Origin: Spizellomyces punctatus DAOM BR117
Lineage: Eukaryota
DNA: 64,000 nt
NCBI GenBank assembly: GCA_000182565.2
Contig: KQ257457.1
Reading direction: 5' to 3' (one strand)
In this document: piece after piece, positions 62,901 through 64,000 of the stretch
Numbering within the stretch: the first letter of the stretch is position 1
Layout: every line of letters starts with the position of its first letter
Notes under the pieces: model-generated
Database searches by the model: none
Told to the model about the DNA's origin: nothing
What the model saw: the letters and a program-made list of their open reading frames with translations, nothing else
Made by a program: the position numbers and the translations under genes

Positions 62901-63247
62901 GCACAGCTTCCAGCGATAGCTCGCCCGGTGATCTGATGATTTCACATGAGAATTACATACCACGTCTCTCTGACGAAATGAAGTTATCCGCTGGTGACTT
63001 TATTTGCGTACGGTAAGTATTATACTCGTTACCTGTTAGAACATAACCAAGGCGCCTCACTTGTGGTCATATGTTTCCCCCTCCGCTTTCCAGAAAGATT
63101 TATGAAGATGGATGGGCAGAAGGTCAGAATATTACGACTGGCGATGAAGGCTTTTTCCCGCATCAATGTCTCGACAAAACAAAAGGATATCATAGCTCAA
63201 GCACCTTGCTTGATAAAGATGCGGGTGCATTTGACGAAAAGATATAA
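59947..63247 (+). CDS. Type I membrane protein: Kelch-like ectodomain interrupted by a Pro/Ser/Thr mucin-like insert, one TM helix, C-terminal SH3 domain
   Basis: Kelch motifs KLLFVGG, SPRAQHGAVILGGKLFVFAG, FLLFGG..LGDTWIFD, KIYLFGG and LFVYGG. TM VALLVGCVVGGAAALALCVMGITSCILI. SH3 YIPRLSDEMKLSAGD|KIYEDGWAEG..TGDEGFFP. Confidence 0.8.
61286..61510 (+). repeat. Coding 72-bp tandem repeat x3 (APPPVSPRPATSNDAPIPVVTRSI)
   Basis: Three near-identical units plus a partial fourth. Confidence 0.95.
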
Positions 63248-63630
63248 ACGGGGCAAGGTAAAATTGACTGCCCAGAAGCGGATTTGAAGCATGTAGATCA
63301 GGGACCATGAACGGCTGGGCAATGTACAGAAGGCCGCCTTTGTTTCCTGAGGTAAAGGATGGGTCTTTGTTGATCTGCACAGACCCACTGGTGCCGAGCT
63401 TGTATTAAGCGCTTGTGAATTTATTGGTCCATTAATTGGCAACATACAAATATATGGTATATCTATCTACATGAATGTCATGTGAAATGTCATTGAATTT
63501 GGGCTCTGAATTTGGGAGCCGGCTAACTACATCCGACCTCATCCATATCTTCCGTGCGTGCGTTACAAGGCCCCTCCTGGGTCATTGTCCAAGTGATATC
63601 TTTGACGCTCATCCGATGGGTTGCGCTCAG

Positions 63631-64000
63631 TCATGACTGACATTCGGTACGATCAGGTAGCCGATTTGTATATAACCATTTGCCCAACATCCGATCGAGA
63701 TCTCGAGCTTTCACAGGTTTGCCCAAATGATCGGACATACCGCATTCCAGGCATCTGGCCTTATCCGATTCTAGCACATTGGCGCTCATTGCTACTATAG
63801 GAATGCGGGATATTTCAAAGTTTTCGGATGCTCGTATGCAACGCGTTGCTTCAAAACCATCCATTCCTGAACAAAGTTGGGGGTTACAGGTTGTTCGGAC
63901 ACCACCGACGTATCCGAAGCATACCAGGCATTTGACAATCCATTAAAATCAAGTCGAACTTTTCTGAACCTCGGAGAGCCCTCAAGACCGCATGGCCATC
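63631..64000 (-). CDS. C-terminal receiver domain of a probable hybrid histidine kinase (truncated by the window edge; intron ~63867-63925)
   Basis: KFDLILMDCQMP|GMDGFEAT...IPIVAMSANV..DKARCLECGMSDHLGKPV. Confidence 0.9.

Overview
Gene-dense eukaryotic DNA with short (~50-140 nt) spliceosomal introns. The gene content is fungal (MDM34, Dma1-like FHA-RING, OPT transporter, hybrid histidine kinase). A TMEM218-like ciliary gene and an S41 peptidase suggest a zoosporic fungus (chytrid); this is inference. I can support about 21 protein-coding genes, two of them largely missed by the ORF track (AROS-like and TMEM218-like) and one giant (~3,600 aa) repeat membrane protein. There are also two tRNA-Met genes and two copies of a non-autonomous TIR element. 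The most unusual feature is a tandem array of three ~130-140 nt minus-strand elements at ~19.9-20.6 kb. Each has Pol III A and B boxes, a T-run terminator and two covarying hairpins but no tRNA cloverleaf, so this is a candidate undescribed small-RNA family. Exon boundaries were read by eye and family calls come from motif recognition, not database searches.
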